A stretch of 64,000 bases of DNA from Candidatus Latescibacterota bacterium (lineage in GTDB: Bacteria > Latescibacterota > UBA2968 > GCA-2709665), in the NCBI GenBank assembly GCA_965208835.1, contig OZ242358.1, positions 3,424,001-3,488,000 of the forward strand. Direction: 5' to 3'. The notes beneath the pieces were generated by a model. It was not told the origin of the DNA and did no database searches. It saw only the letters and a program-made list of their open reading frames with translations. The translations under genes were made by a program, and so were the position numbers. Each line of letters opens with the position of its first letter. Position 1 is the stretch's first letter. This document shows, in pieces, positions 1 to 9,068 of the stretch.

Positions 1-419
1 TCCGCACAAAACGGATCTGCGAAGGAAACGTGTCCGACAACCCCGTCGCCGAAGAACGTGGACTGCCGATTCCCCTTGGTACGATCGAAAACCTGATCCG
101 GAACGACCATGTCTCCCGGCCTGATGTGTTCTTTCATGATTCCCACGGCGCCCACCGCAAGGACGTTTGTGATGCCCAGCTGCTTCAGTGCATGGATATT
201 GGCGCGGTATCTCACCTCGGACGGCAGCAGCGTGTGACCACGCCCATGCCGGGGAAGAAAGACGACCGTGCGCCCGTCGATTTCCGCTTCCACAAGCAGA
301 TCCGAGGGGCGGCCGAAAGGCGTATCCACATCGTGCTCCCGCACCACCCTGACGCCATCCATCCGGTAGAACCCGGAGCCGCCGATCACACCCAGGCGCA
401 ACGTCTTCGTCTCTGTCAT
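1..419 (-). CDS. mtnP: S-methyl-5'-thioadenosine phosphorylase (MTAP/PNP family), 3' end runs off the window
   Basis: Not in the ORF track. Manual minus-strand translation from ATG 419 gives [18 protein letters not shown]...DTPFGRPSD...[30 protein letters not shown]...[14 protein letters not shown], the MTAP signature motifs. Confidence 0.9.
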   Translation of the reverse strand, partial: MTETKTLRLGVIGGSGFYRMDGVRVVREHDVDTPFGRPSDLLVEAEIDGRTVVFLPRHGRGHTLLPSEVRYRANIHALKQLGITNVLAVGAVGIMKEHIRPGDMVVPDQVFDRTKGNRQSTFFGDGVVGHVSFADPFCA

Positions 420-481
420 GGATCCGCTCCGCTCATGCTGGAAAACCCCGACGCGCGACGGCGCCAGGCCCACCGCGAAAA

Positions 482-1045
482 TCAGTCCTTCGTATCCGCG
501 TTTTCTTCATTCGTAATCTGGCCGTTGCCACCCTTCGCGTACGCTTCTGCGCCGCCGTCGTTTCCATCGACGCCGTCGAGTTCATCGTCTGAAAGCTGAG
601 CCAGAAATTCGGAGTGCGCCTGTAACAGAGACTGAAACCTCGCTACGAACATGTCCCGCCTGGTCTTGAGATTCACCAGCTCGTTCCGCATCTGCCGCAC
701 CTGTGTACGCGCCTTATCCACGGCGCGATTCGCCAGCGCTTCGGCCTCGTTCACGATCAGCCTGCCCTCTGTCCGGGCATTCTCCCGCACGTCATCCGCG
801 GTCAGTTGCGCCGTCTTCAGCATTTCCTGCAACGTCGTCTCCATCTGCGCGTACCGCTCCACCTGCTCCTGCAAACCGGCCTTGCGCTCCAGTGCCTGCA
901 AGCGCTCGCGGTTCAGTGCCTCAAACGAATCCGCGACCGAATCCAGAAAGGCCGTTACTTCATCCGGGTCGAGACCTCGAAAGACCCGTTTAAACTCCTG
1001 CTTCCGGATATCCAGCGAAGTCAGCTTCACGGGAACCACCTCCAT
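482..1045 (-). CDS. divIVA: DivIVA domain cell-division protein
   Basis: [31 protein letters not shown]-terminal motif followed by coiled coil; yggS-yggT-divIVA context. Confidence 0.9.
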   Translation of the reverse strand: MEVVPVKLTSLDIRKQEFKRVFRGLDPDEVTAFLDSVADSFEALNRERLQALERKAGLQEQVERYAQMETTLQEMLKTAQLTADDVRENARTEGRLIVNEAEALANRAVDKARTQVRQMRNELVNLKTRRDMFVARFQSLLQAHSEFLAQLSDDELDGVDGNDGGAEAYAKGGNGQITNEENADTKD

Positions 1046-1196
1046 AGCCGTCCCCGGCGCCGGCGGCGCCGGTAAACTCGAGCGGGCGGCAGGGGATTCC
1101 GCCCCGAGGGGAGAGGGAAGACGCGATTGAGGATTCAGAACCGGGCAGGGAGGGAGGCCCGGACGATCTACACGATCACATACCCGACTTCCAGCA

Positions 1197-1799
1197 CTAC
1201 GACGTGCCCAGTCCGAAGACCGCGAGAACCGCCCCTTTTGCGAAATTCAACAGCAGGATCAGTAGAATCGGCGACAGATCGAACATCCCAAGCGGCGGAA
1301 TCATGCGCCGGAAAGGCGCCATGACGGGCTCGGTGAGCGCATACAGCGTCCAGATCAGCCGTCCGTTTCGCAGAAAGGGCATCCAGGAAACGATGATACG
1401 AGCGAGTATCAACACCAGGAAGACCGAAATCGCGCCGTAAAAAAGCCAGCCTATGACTTGAAGAAAGGCCAAGTTCAACAGTGCCCGCAACACCCCTTCC
1501 AGCGCCAGCAGCACATCGTTGCTGACCCACTTCAGGAAAAAAGCCGCCAACAACGTAGCCAGAACCACAAATAACGGCGCAATACTGAGACTGTTGGACG
1601 CCGGCAGGCTTTGAGCAACCGGCCAGATCATGGGATCGGTCCACTCCCGAACAACCTGAGACAGCCGTCCGAAAGGCTGCGTTTTAAACAGTATCCAGCG
1701 CAGGACCATCAGGACTACGACAGCGACAACCACCGCAAATGCCACAAAATCGACGGCTGTACGCAGGAAGTCAATGACCTGCAACAAGACGTATAACAT
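1197..1799 (-). CDS. yggT: YggT family membrane protein (two YggT repeats)
   Basis: Hydrophobic, with WTDPMIWPV and LTEPVMAPFRRMIPPLGMFDLSPILL repeats. Start placed at ATG 1799. Confidence 0.85.
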   Translation of the reverse strand: MLYVLLQVIDFLRTAVDFVAFAVVVAVVVLMVLRWILFKTQPFGRLSQVVREWTDPMIWPVAQSLPASNSLSIAPLFVVLATLLAAFFLKWVSNDVLLALEGVLRALLNLAFLQVIGWLFYGAISVFLVLILARIIVSWMPFLRNGRLIWTLYALTEPVMAPFRRMIPPLGMFDLSPILLILLLNFAKGAVLAVFGLGTS

Positions 1800-1897
1800 T
1801 GCGACCCTTTTTTCGAAGCCCTGCAACGTCCGACCGTCAGGCGCCTCTCCGGCGGTACATCGCACCGCACGACATCCGGAAGGACTTCGCGCTTCCG

Positions 1898-2593
1898 TTA
1901 CTGCCTCGCACCGAAGATCGCCGAGCCGACGCGCACCATCGTGGCGCCTTCCTCGATTGCGACCTCGAAATCCCCCGTCATACCCATGGACAGGTGTGCC
2001 ATCGACACGCCCGCAATACGCGCCGCTGCAATCTCTTCACCCAGTTCCCGCAATTGAACGAAACATGGTCGAACCGCCTCCGGATCCGGCAGGAACAGGC
2101 CGATCGTCATCAACCCCTCCACACCCACACCTTCCAGCTCCGAAATCCGCCCCACAAGATCGACTGTTGCGTCAGGCTCGGCTCCGAACTGCGAGTCGGC
2201 CCCCGATGTATTCACCTGTACGAGCGTCCGTGCGGAAATCCCGGCCTGCACCGCGCGCTTTCCGATCTCCTTTGCCAGCCGCAGACTGTCCACGGAGTGG
2301 ATCATCTCGAACAGGCGTAGCGCGCTCTTTACCTTGTTCCTCTGCAGATGTCCCACGAGATGCCACGCCACGGCATCCGTGACGTCGCCGACCTTCCTCT
2401 CGGCCTCCTGCACGCGGTTTTCGCCAACCACCCGAACCCCAGCCTCCGCCGCTTCCGCAATGGCTTCCGCGGGCTTTGTCTTGGATACCGCGACAAGGGT
2501 TATATCATGCGCCTGCCGCCCTACTCGCTCCGCGGCCCGGGAGATGCGTTCCCGGACCCGTTTCAGATTCTCCGAAATCGACGTCATTGGCAC
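1898..2593 (-). CDS. yggS: YggS/PLPBP pyridoxal phosphate homeostasis protein
   Basis: LVAVSKT, GENRVQE, WHLVGHLQRNKVK, LSMGMTGDFEVAIEEGATMVRVGSAIFG. Confidence 0.95.
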   Translation of the reverse strand: MPMTSISENLKRVRERISRAAERVGRQAHDITLVAVSKTKPAEAIAEAAEAGVRVVGENRVQEAERKVGDVTDAVAWHLVGHLQRNKVKSALRLFEMIHSVDSLRLAKEIGKRAVQAGISARTLVQVNTSGADSQFGAEPDATVDLVGRISELEGVGVEGLMTIGLFLPDPEAVRPCFVQLRELGEEIAAARIAGVSMAHLSMGMTGDFEVAIEEGATMVRVGSAIFGARQ

Positions 2594-2635
2594 TTTGCCG
2601 AAACGAAAAAAGGTGAGTCACGGTTCGGATGCAGA

Positions 2636-2670
2636 ATTATAAATTTACAACAAGAAGGGTCTTTTAGCAA
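2636..2670 (-). promoter_or_regulatory. Putative sigma-70 promoter of the yggS operon
   Basis: Minus strand reads TTGCTA-17 nt-TAAATT, immediately followed by TATAAT. Confidence 0.5.
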
Positions 2671-2788
2671 CCGATTCGCTGACGCGCAAATCCGGAGTTC
2701 GACAGAGCGCTTCGGCAATAATCTCCTAACTAGTTCAAAAAAAGCGAATTATGTGGTAGTACACGGGAATTGGCCGAAGCCGCGGGCC

Positions 2789-5389
2789 TTATCCGGCCTG
2801 ATCTGCCGGATCCGACCATTCCGGGGAATCGCTTCCGTCGCCGTGGATTTCGACAACGCCGCGGCTCCCGTCCACGGTAACCCTGTCTCCGGTCCGAATG
2901 CGCCGCGTCGCTCCCGACACCCCCACCACCGCGGGGACCTGGTACTCCCGCGCGATGACCGAACTGTGGTTCAGTACCCCGCCGATTTCAGTGACCACCG
3001 CGCTCACGCGCCGGAAGAGCGGGGTCCAACCCGGGTCGGTACCCAGCGCGACCAGAACCTCCCCCTGCGCCAGCGTTCCGAACTCCTCGGGCCCGCGAAT
3101 GATCCGTGCGGTTCCGCTCGCCGTGCCCGAACTGGTTCCGACGCCCTGCAACCGTTGCGCATCCTGGTTTTCGTCCGGGACCGGATTCTCGCCACGCCCT
3201 TCGATCCAGAAATAGAACGGCTGGCGAACGCGCGCGCGTTCGAAATCCGCGATCCGCCGGTGAATCTCATCTTCGGATGCGACCGGGCCGCCCCGGAACG
3301 CGTTCTCGACCTCGTCGCAGGTCAGAAAAAACACGTCATCTTTCCGCCGAAGCAATCCCCGGGATACAAGATGATCCCCGAGCCCCAGAAAAACAGCCCT
3401 GTACCCGGCAAAGAGTCTGTCCAGGTGAAATCGCAGCTCCTCACGAAGTCCTAGATAGATCCTCGCATATCTCAACACAAACCGAAACAACACGACGCGC
3501 GCCCTTCCCCAGGCCATTTCTGACAGGCGCCCGCACACCTTCGCTTCCGCCCTCCGCATCGTTTCACGCGGCTCTCTCTGTATACGTAAGGCTCCCGCAC
3601 AGAGGTTCTGGCGCAGCATCTGCACAACGATCTCCGGGCGTTCCCGCCAGCGTGCGAACGTGAAATCCCGGTTTGCAGCACGAATTCCGTACGCATCGAT
3701 AAATGAGTTGAAGCTGGACGCAAAGCCGCCTTCGCCCTCACGCAGATGTTTCAGGAACGCCGCGTCCGTACCGGCTTCCAGCATCCGACGCAGCCCGGCG
3801 TCGCTTCGGACCTCCTCAGTCAATTTCCCCAGTGCGGCGTTGGCCTCCGAAGTCCTGTTTCTTTCGGGTACCAGAAGCAGATCCTTCAGTGTAGCCATAT
3901 CGAGGTCCGACCAGCGGACCACCATCGTTCGCAGGCCCCAGACGCAGTTCATCGCAAATGTGTAACTCCACTGATTGACATCCCGTTGCTGATGCATTGC
4001 CAATTCCGTCAGCCTGTCTGCGGCCGCAAGAAGCACGTCCGGGCCCCTCGCCGAGCAAATCTGTCGCTCTATAGCAAGAATCCGCCGGTTGAATACCGGG
4101 AGAAATGCCTGCCTGACCCTCCGGTGATTGCTGTGAATCAGACCGTAGGGCTCGGTGATCAGCAGGCCCGGCAGCCGCAGGAGCGCCGGAACCATGCGCC
4201 ACCAGGTCCACGTCGAACCCTTGACCTCCTCCTGGAGACGCCGTGGCAGAATATCCAGGGCGTCGTCCGCCATCAGGTTTTCCGGAACCAGCTTGAGCGC
4301 ATCCGCCACGGCGTCGGCATTCACATACATGTAACAGTCGATCACCTTCATGACGTCGTCGCGTATCAGCGCACTCAGGCCCAGGCGCCGCGCGGGACGT
4401 TGAAACGTATAGGCCTCGCTCAGGCGTCCCCCGATGACGGACGCGGCCATCGGACAGAGGGCCTCGGACCAGAGGTCGTCGCAGATCCCCCGCGTCCACA
4501 CGCCGCTCGGGCGGGTCACAGTCGTGGTAATCGGCCGTGTCTGCAGGAGAAAAAGCCGACCGCCGGAAAACGCCCATTCGATGTCCTGGGGCCGGCCATC
4601 GTAGAACGCCTCGATCTTCCTGCCCTGCCTCCACAGGATACGCAACTCATCCGGTGAAAGCGCTTCGGCGTCCCGCAGCCCATCGGGCATGGGCTCGGCA
4701 CGGCGGTCGCCCGGCCTGAGCCGCCACAATTTGTGCGCGATCTGTTTCTCCGCAACCCGGCCCGTGTTCCCGTCCAGCACGTAGGAATCGGGCGAGACCT
4801 CCCCCCCGACCACCGTCTCGCCGAGCCCCCAGTTGGCTTCCACAAAAATGCCCGGCGCGCCTGACGCGACCGGGTTACGTGTAAAAAGGATACCGGATTT
4901 CTCCGCCTCGACCATTTCCTGTACTACGACCGCGATGCGTGGAATCAGATCCGGGGCATAGGTTCGCAAGCGCTGGTTCCACGCCGACGCCCAGCACAAG
5001 CGGACGTGTTCGAGTACAGACGCGACATCCGTCAGGTTCAGATAGGTCTCGAACTGACCCGCAAACGCGAATGCGCTACCGTCCTCGGAGGCGCCGGACG
5101 AACGCACGGCCACGGGTTTTGCTCCCGGACCGAGGAGCGATTCGGACGCGGACCGGATGGCGTGCTCCACGTCGGAGGGAAATGAACCCCTGGCGACCGC
5201 CTCCTCGGTCGCAACGGCCGGATCGATGCCATTGTGTTCCAGAAACCGGACACAGGCATCCGCCGTGACGCAAAATCCGTCCGGAACGCGGAAGCCGCCC
5301 GCAAGCAGGCGACCGAGATTCCGCGCCTTTCCACCGACGTGTTCCGGGGACGCCCGGGACGCCCGGGCGAGTTCGACCACCATTTCCAT
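2789..5389 (-). CDS. PEP-synthase/PPDK-like phosphotransferase (rifamycin phosphotransferase-type architecture)
   Basis: N-terminal ATP-grasp (VGGKARNL, AVRSSGASED, FAGQFET, QDIEWA, LLQTRPIT), long central helical domain, C-terminal His-swivel domain (TDPGWTPLF, GGVLNHSSVIAREYQVPAVVG). Confidence 0.85.
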   Translation of the reverse strand: MEMVVELARASRASPEHVGGKARNLGRLLAGGFRVPDGFCVTADACVRFLEHNGIDPAVATEEAVARGSFPSDVEHAIRSASESLLGPGAKPVAVRSSGASEDGSAFAFAGQFETYLNLTDVASVLEHVRLCWASAWNQRLRTYAPDLIPRIAVVVQEMVEAEKSGILFTRNPVASGAPGIFVEANWGLGETVVGGEVSPDSYVLDGNTGRVAEKQIAHKLWRLRPGDRRAEPMPDGLRDAEALSPDELRILWRQGRKIEAFYDGRPQDIEWAFSGGRLFLLQTRPITTTVTRPSGVWTRGICDDLWSEALCPMAASVIGGRLSEAYTFQRPARRLGLSALIRDDVMKVIDCYMYVNADAVADALKLVPENLMADDALDILPRRLQEEVKGSTWTWWRMVPALLRLPGLLITEPYGLIHSNHRRVRQAFLPVFNRRILAIERQICSARGPDVLLAAADRLTELAMHQQRDVNQWSYTFAMNCVWGLRTMVVRWSDLDMATLKDLLLVPERNRTSEANAALGKLTEEVRSDAGLRRMLEAGTDAAFLKHLREGEGGFASSFNSFIDAYGIRAANRDFTFARWRERPEIVVQMLRQNLCAGALRIQREPRETMRRAEAKVCGRLSEMAWGRARVVLFRFVLRYARIYLGLREELRFHLDRLFAGYRAVFLGLGDHLVSRGLLRRKDDVFFLTCDEVENAFRGGPVASEDEIHRRIADFERARVRQPFYFWIEGRGENPVPDENQDAQRLQGVGTSSGTASGTARIIRGPEEFGTLAQGEVLVALGTDPGWTPLFRRVSAVVTEIGGVLNHSSVIAREYQVPAVVGVSGATRRIRTGDRVTVDGSRGVVEIHGDGSDSPEWSDPADQAG

Positions 5390-5455
5390 TGTCTTCGCCT
5401 TCAAGGCGCTCCGCGATGTGTTCAGGCACGTGCGCAACGGGCCGGACGGCTGTTA

Positions 5456-6481
5456 TCATCGGACTGCTGAATCGCTCCCGCGCGGCCGATTCTGCCGCTC
5501 TGTCTCCAGCGCTTGAAGGAACCCGTGCATCTGTCCCACGCAAAACGCAATATAGGCCCGCCCGTCCTCATCGCCCGCCAGTTCCATGATGTGATCGTAG
5601 TCGATAGCGCCTTCATACCCGACGTCGTGCAATGCCCGGACCACCTGAAACATGTTCAGGTCTCCCTGGTCCGGAATCACCTCTTCATATCCTCCGGTTG
5701 CGGGAATGGTTCCTCGCACGTTTCGAAAATGCACGTGAAAGATCTTTCCCTGTCCCCCGAATCGCCTGATTCCCTCGAAAACGTCTTCGCCCGACTCATA
5801 CCGCGTACCCACGCAGAAGGTCATCCCGTTTGCGGGCGACGGCACTTCCGAAAACAGCCGGTCGAATGCCGCGAAATCGTACAGGACCTGCGGCACGCCA
5901 TACAGGCTGGGTACGGGAGGGTCGTTCCCGTGCATCGCGACACGTGTGCCCGCGGCTTCGGCGACGGGCGCCGTCGCGCGGAAGATTTCGAGCGTACGTT
6001 CCCATAGTTCCTCGTGCGTGGGGGCGCCGTCGGGCGCCGGCCTGTTCAGCGCGTCGCGCAAGTCGACCTTCAGGTGCCGATAGCCGCCGCGGCCCTCCAC
6101 CCACTCGAACACGCCGCGAGGAAACCCGCCGAACTGGGCAGCCTGAAAACATTGTATCCCGACGACGGGAAAGCCGTATTCCCCGCATAGCGCGACGTTG
6201 GCCACAAGGCGATCCAGTTCCTCTCCGGCTCCCGGTTCACCCATAAAAATCGCGCGTGAAAAGGCGTTCGTGGAATTCGCCCTCTCGATCTTCAGGCCCG
6301 CACCGTCCACGACTTCCACCACTGCATGCACGCTTTCGCGGCGGAGTTGACCGGACTCCTTATAGCCCGGAAAGATATCCAGCGTCACGTCCACCACATC
6401 CACGCCGATCTGCTTCAGAAACCTCAGATCCTGCGGCCGGTCCAGCCAACCCGGATCGATCCGTGTGCCGATTTTGATCAC
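5456..6481 (-). CDS. Mannonate dehydratase (UxuA)-like TIM-barrel protein
   Basis: AMHGNDPP, SPANGMTFCVG, IFHVHFRNVRG, GDLNM, DYDH. Confidence 0.8.
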   Translation of the reverse strand: MIKIGTRIDPGWLDRPQDLRFLKQIGVDVVDVTLDIFPGYKESGQLRRESVHAVVEVVDGAGLKIERANSTNAFSRAIFMGEPGAGEELDRLVANVALCGEYGFPVVGIQCFQAAQFGGFPRGVFEWVEGRGGYRHLKVDLRDALNRPAPDGAPTHEELWERTLEIFRATAPVAEAAGTRVAMHGNDPPVPSLYGVPQVLYDFAAFDRLFSEVPSPANGMTFCVGTRYESGEDVFEGIRRFGGQGKIFHVHFRNVRGTIPATGGYEEVIPDQGDLNMFQVVRALHDVGYEGAIDYDHIMELAGDEDGRAYIAFCVGQMHGFLQALETERQNRPRGSDSAVR

Positions 6482-6546
6482 GGGACACCTTTCTTAGCGA
6501 TAATTTCGTTTTTGCGCCGACGCGAGTACCGTCGTGGGTCGGCGCT

Positions 6547-7791
6547 TCAGCTTTCACCCAATCCCGCCGGGGGGGCATCGAAGTACCCCTCGTCGCCGAA
6601 GAACGGAAACATCCCGAACCCCGCCGCCAGGTCGCGTTGCTCCCAGACCAGGCCGGTCTCGCAGTAGCTCAGCGAACCGTGCGCGGGCGGCGAAAACTCC
6701 GGTCTCCCCAGCAGGTCGCTCCGGAACCACACGCTCCGGTGCCCGAAACACACCCCCTTCTCCAGGTTCTCCCGGGCGAATTCAACCATATGTGGAAACG
6801 TCTGCTGGTACTCCGAGCCGGGCCCGTATTCTATGTGGGTCATCAGGTTTTCTCCCGTGGCCTGCACCTCGCCCATCGACATGGGTTCGCCGTGCCTGAT
6901 AAAGAGGGCATCGGTGTTCGGATCCACCACCGCCCACTTGCCGTACTCATCGAACCAGACCTCGGCCACGAAATGCCCGTTGAAGCCATTGACCGCCTCG
7001 GTGAGTACCGCGCACCGGGCCGGGATGCCCGCCGCCTGGGCGCAGCTCACGAAAGCCGCTGCATAGTGGACGCACATCGCCACCGGGCGCTTTCCATTAT
7101 GCCCGGCCTGCCGGGGCGCCCACGCGAGCAGGGTTTCCGCGTCCCACGGCGCGTATTGACCCGCCCTGAGTGAGTTGGTATGCTCCCAGCTGGACGCCAG
7201 CCAGGCCGATAAGGCACGGACCCGGTTGATCAGCGGTCCCTGGTCTCTTGCGACCGGCGGCAGCAAACGCCTCAACGACAGCAGCCTGGGCGACTCCGCG
7301 ACCTCCCAGACCATGGCGGGAGGCGGCGGGTCCTCTCCCTCGGACAGCCGCACGCGGACGACGTATTCGCCCAGGACCGCGTTGAGATAGCCCATCCGTT
7401 CGCTCCGCCAGGTCTCGCCGCCGTCGTCGCTGACCCCGCTGCCGGTTTCGGCGCGCCCCGCTTCCATCGCGAGGGACCAGCCATCCATCGCCGTCCCGTC
7501 GGTCCAAAGTTCGAAGGTGTTGTCGCCGACCCTTAAGTCTGATACCGGAAGTTCATACCAGGAATACGCTCCGGGCCGATCGGGCTCGAACGCGATGACC
7601 TCCCTGCCGTTCACGGCCACCCGAAGCGGGGCTTCGTTCTCGGGATAGGGCCGGGCGAGGATATAGACCATCCCCGGCGCGTCCGTGGCGGGTAACGCAA
7701 GTGTCTTGCGGGCGCGCCGAAACGTCGTCAATTCCTCACACAGCGACGGCATTACCCGCCCCTCTTCGCTGTAATACAATCGGCTCATCAA
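6547..7791 (-). CDS. Transglutaminase-like domain protein
   Basis: Cys-His-Asp pattern: AMCVHYA...GIPARC...GHFVAEVW...WAVVDP; beta-rich N-terminal domain. Confidence 0.7.
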   Translation of the reverse strand: MMSRLYYSEEGRVMPSLCEELTTFRRARKTLALPATDAPGMVYILARPYPENEAPLRVAVNGREVIAFEPDRPGAYSWYELPVSDLRVGDNTFELWTDGTAMDGWSLAMEAGRAETGSGVSDDGGETWRSERMGYLNAVLGEYVVRVRLSEGEDPPPPAMVWEVAESPRLLSLRRLLPPVARDQGPLINRVRALSAWLASSWEHTNSLRAGQYAPWDAETLLAWAPRQAGHNGKRPVAMCVHYAAAFVSCAQAAGIPARCAVLTEAVNGFNGHFVAEVWFDEYGKWAVVDPNTDALFIRHGEPMSMGEVQATGENLMTHIEYGPGSEYQQTFPHMVEFARENLEKGVCFGHRSVWFRSDLLGRPEFSPPAHGSLSYCETGLVWEQRDLAAGFGMFPFFGDEGYFDAPPAGLGES

Positions 7792-7862
7792 GGCCTCTCA
7801 TTGTTAGGTTGGCGTCTTCCCCACCCCCAAACGACCCCTGTTGCCTTGTCCTCTTTCCAGTT

Positions 7863-7991
7863 GCGGTGAGACGGAAGAGGGTAGACGGTAGAAGAAGCCC
7901 GTGCCAATATGTCCCTCCAACTCGCCTGCGGCATGAGAAGAAACCTTATACGGCATGCGATCTCTACCCTCTCCCGGCTTACGTCTCACCC
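7863..7991. repeat. Dispersed ~130-bp palindromic repeat, family B copy 1
   Basis: GCGGTGAGACGGAAGAGGGTAGACGGTAGAAGAA...TCTCTACCCTCTCCCGGCTTACGTCTCACC aligns end to end with 43025-43154; the arms are inverted heptamer runs. Confidence 0.75.
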
Positions 7992-8128
7992 GGTGGTGGT
8001 GCGGGGTGTGGTCCTCTCCCCTCTGCCGTCTTACGGCTCACTGCCTTCGGCGGATCGCTGTTCTTGCTGCTCCCGGTCGGCCGAATTCCGGCAATCTATT
8101 TCAAGGACCGAACAGCAGCTCCACAGAT

Positions 8129-9031
8129 TCATCGTCCAATATATTCCGGAAGGGCAAGTTTCCAGTTCTCGTAGATGATATTGTGGATCACCTCGTCGGG
8201 GACCGTGGGAAAATTCGTCCCCCTCACCACGTCATTCACCTTCCACTGCCCGGCAATGACCTGCGCCGCCGTCGCCGACGGAAAATCGGATCCGAATATC
8301 AGCTTGTGCTCCACACCGTATTCGATCGCCGACATTAAGGCCTGGTAGTGCCGCCGCGGCCGGTAGTGGAGCGCGGATACGTTCGAGTAGAGGTTGGGAT
8401 GCTTCCGAATGAGCACCACGCATTCATCTTCCCACGGATGCCCCATGTGGGAAATGACGATGCGGAGATCCGGACACGCAATTGCGATATCCTCCAGCTG
8501 AATCGGGTTCGCGTACTTCAACGGGCCGAAACGGACGAACGACGTTCCCTGGTGGATATTCAAGGGTATACCCAGCGATTCCGCCTTCTTGAAGAACGGC
8601 AGGTGACGGGGATCCTGGGGGTCCCAGTTCTGGTAGATAGGCGCCACCTTAAGCCCCCGCAGACCGAGGTCCTCCACGCAGTATACCAGTTGGTCGATAC
8701 AATCCGCGTCGTTCGGGTTGACCGAACACCAGCCGAAGAACCGTTCCGGGTTTTCGTCCACGAATCCGGCAACCAGTTCCTGGGGCACGTCGATTCCCAC
8801 GTGCGGCGCACGCAGGCCGAACACGATGACGCGGTCGCAGTCTTCCGTGGCCTCCAGCAGTTGCTCGGGCCTGGCGTCGAACGCGTTGCGCTCGTCACTG
8901 GCGTCGTCGGCATAGTACACGTCGGGCGACAATCGCATCTTCGCCTTCTTGGCCGCAAGCGCGGTCTCGATGAATTCATCCGACAGATGGTCCGGATACC
9001 ACAGCAGATTCGTATGCGTGTCGAAAAGCAT
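8129..9031 (-). CDS. Amidohydrolase_2 family metallohydrolase
   Basis: FDTHTN, LRGLKV, NIHQG, ISHMGHPW, LIFGSDFP. Confidence 0.85.
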   Translation of the reverse strand: MLFDTHTNLLWYPDHLSDEFIETALAAKKAKMRLSPDVYYADDASDERNAFDARPEQLLEATEDCDRVIVFGLRAPHVGIDVPQELVAGFVDENPERFFGWCSVNPNDADCIDQLVYCVEDLGLRGLKVAPIYQNWDPQDPRHLPFFKKAESLGIPLNIHQGTSFVRFGPLKYANPIQLEDIAIACPDLRIVISHMGHPWEDECVVLIRKHPNLYSNVSALHYRPRRHYQALMSAIEYGVEHKLIFGSDFPSATAAQVIAGQWKVNDVVRGTNFPTVPDEVIHNIIYENWKLALPEYIGR

Positions 9032-9068
9032 GCCGCGCTCCGTTTGCGTTTCGTGTGAGCGCCGGGCG

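Noticed and set aside
30-599. 189-aa plus-strand ORF
   Set aside because: Antisense shadow of mtnP and divIVA, which carry clear motifs on the minus strand.
1046-1196. Purine/pyrimidine-skewed yggT-divIVA spacer as a riboswitch
   Set aside because: No recognisable aptamer consensus.
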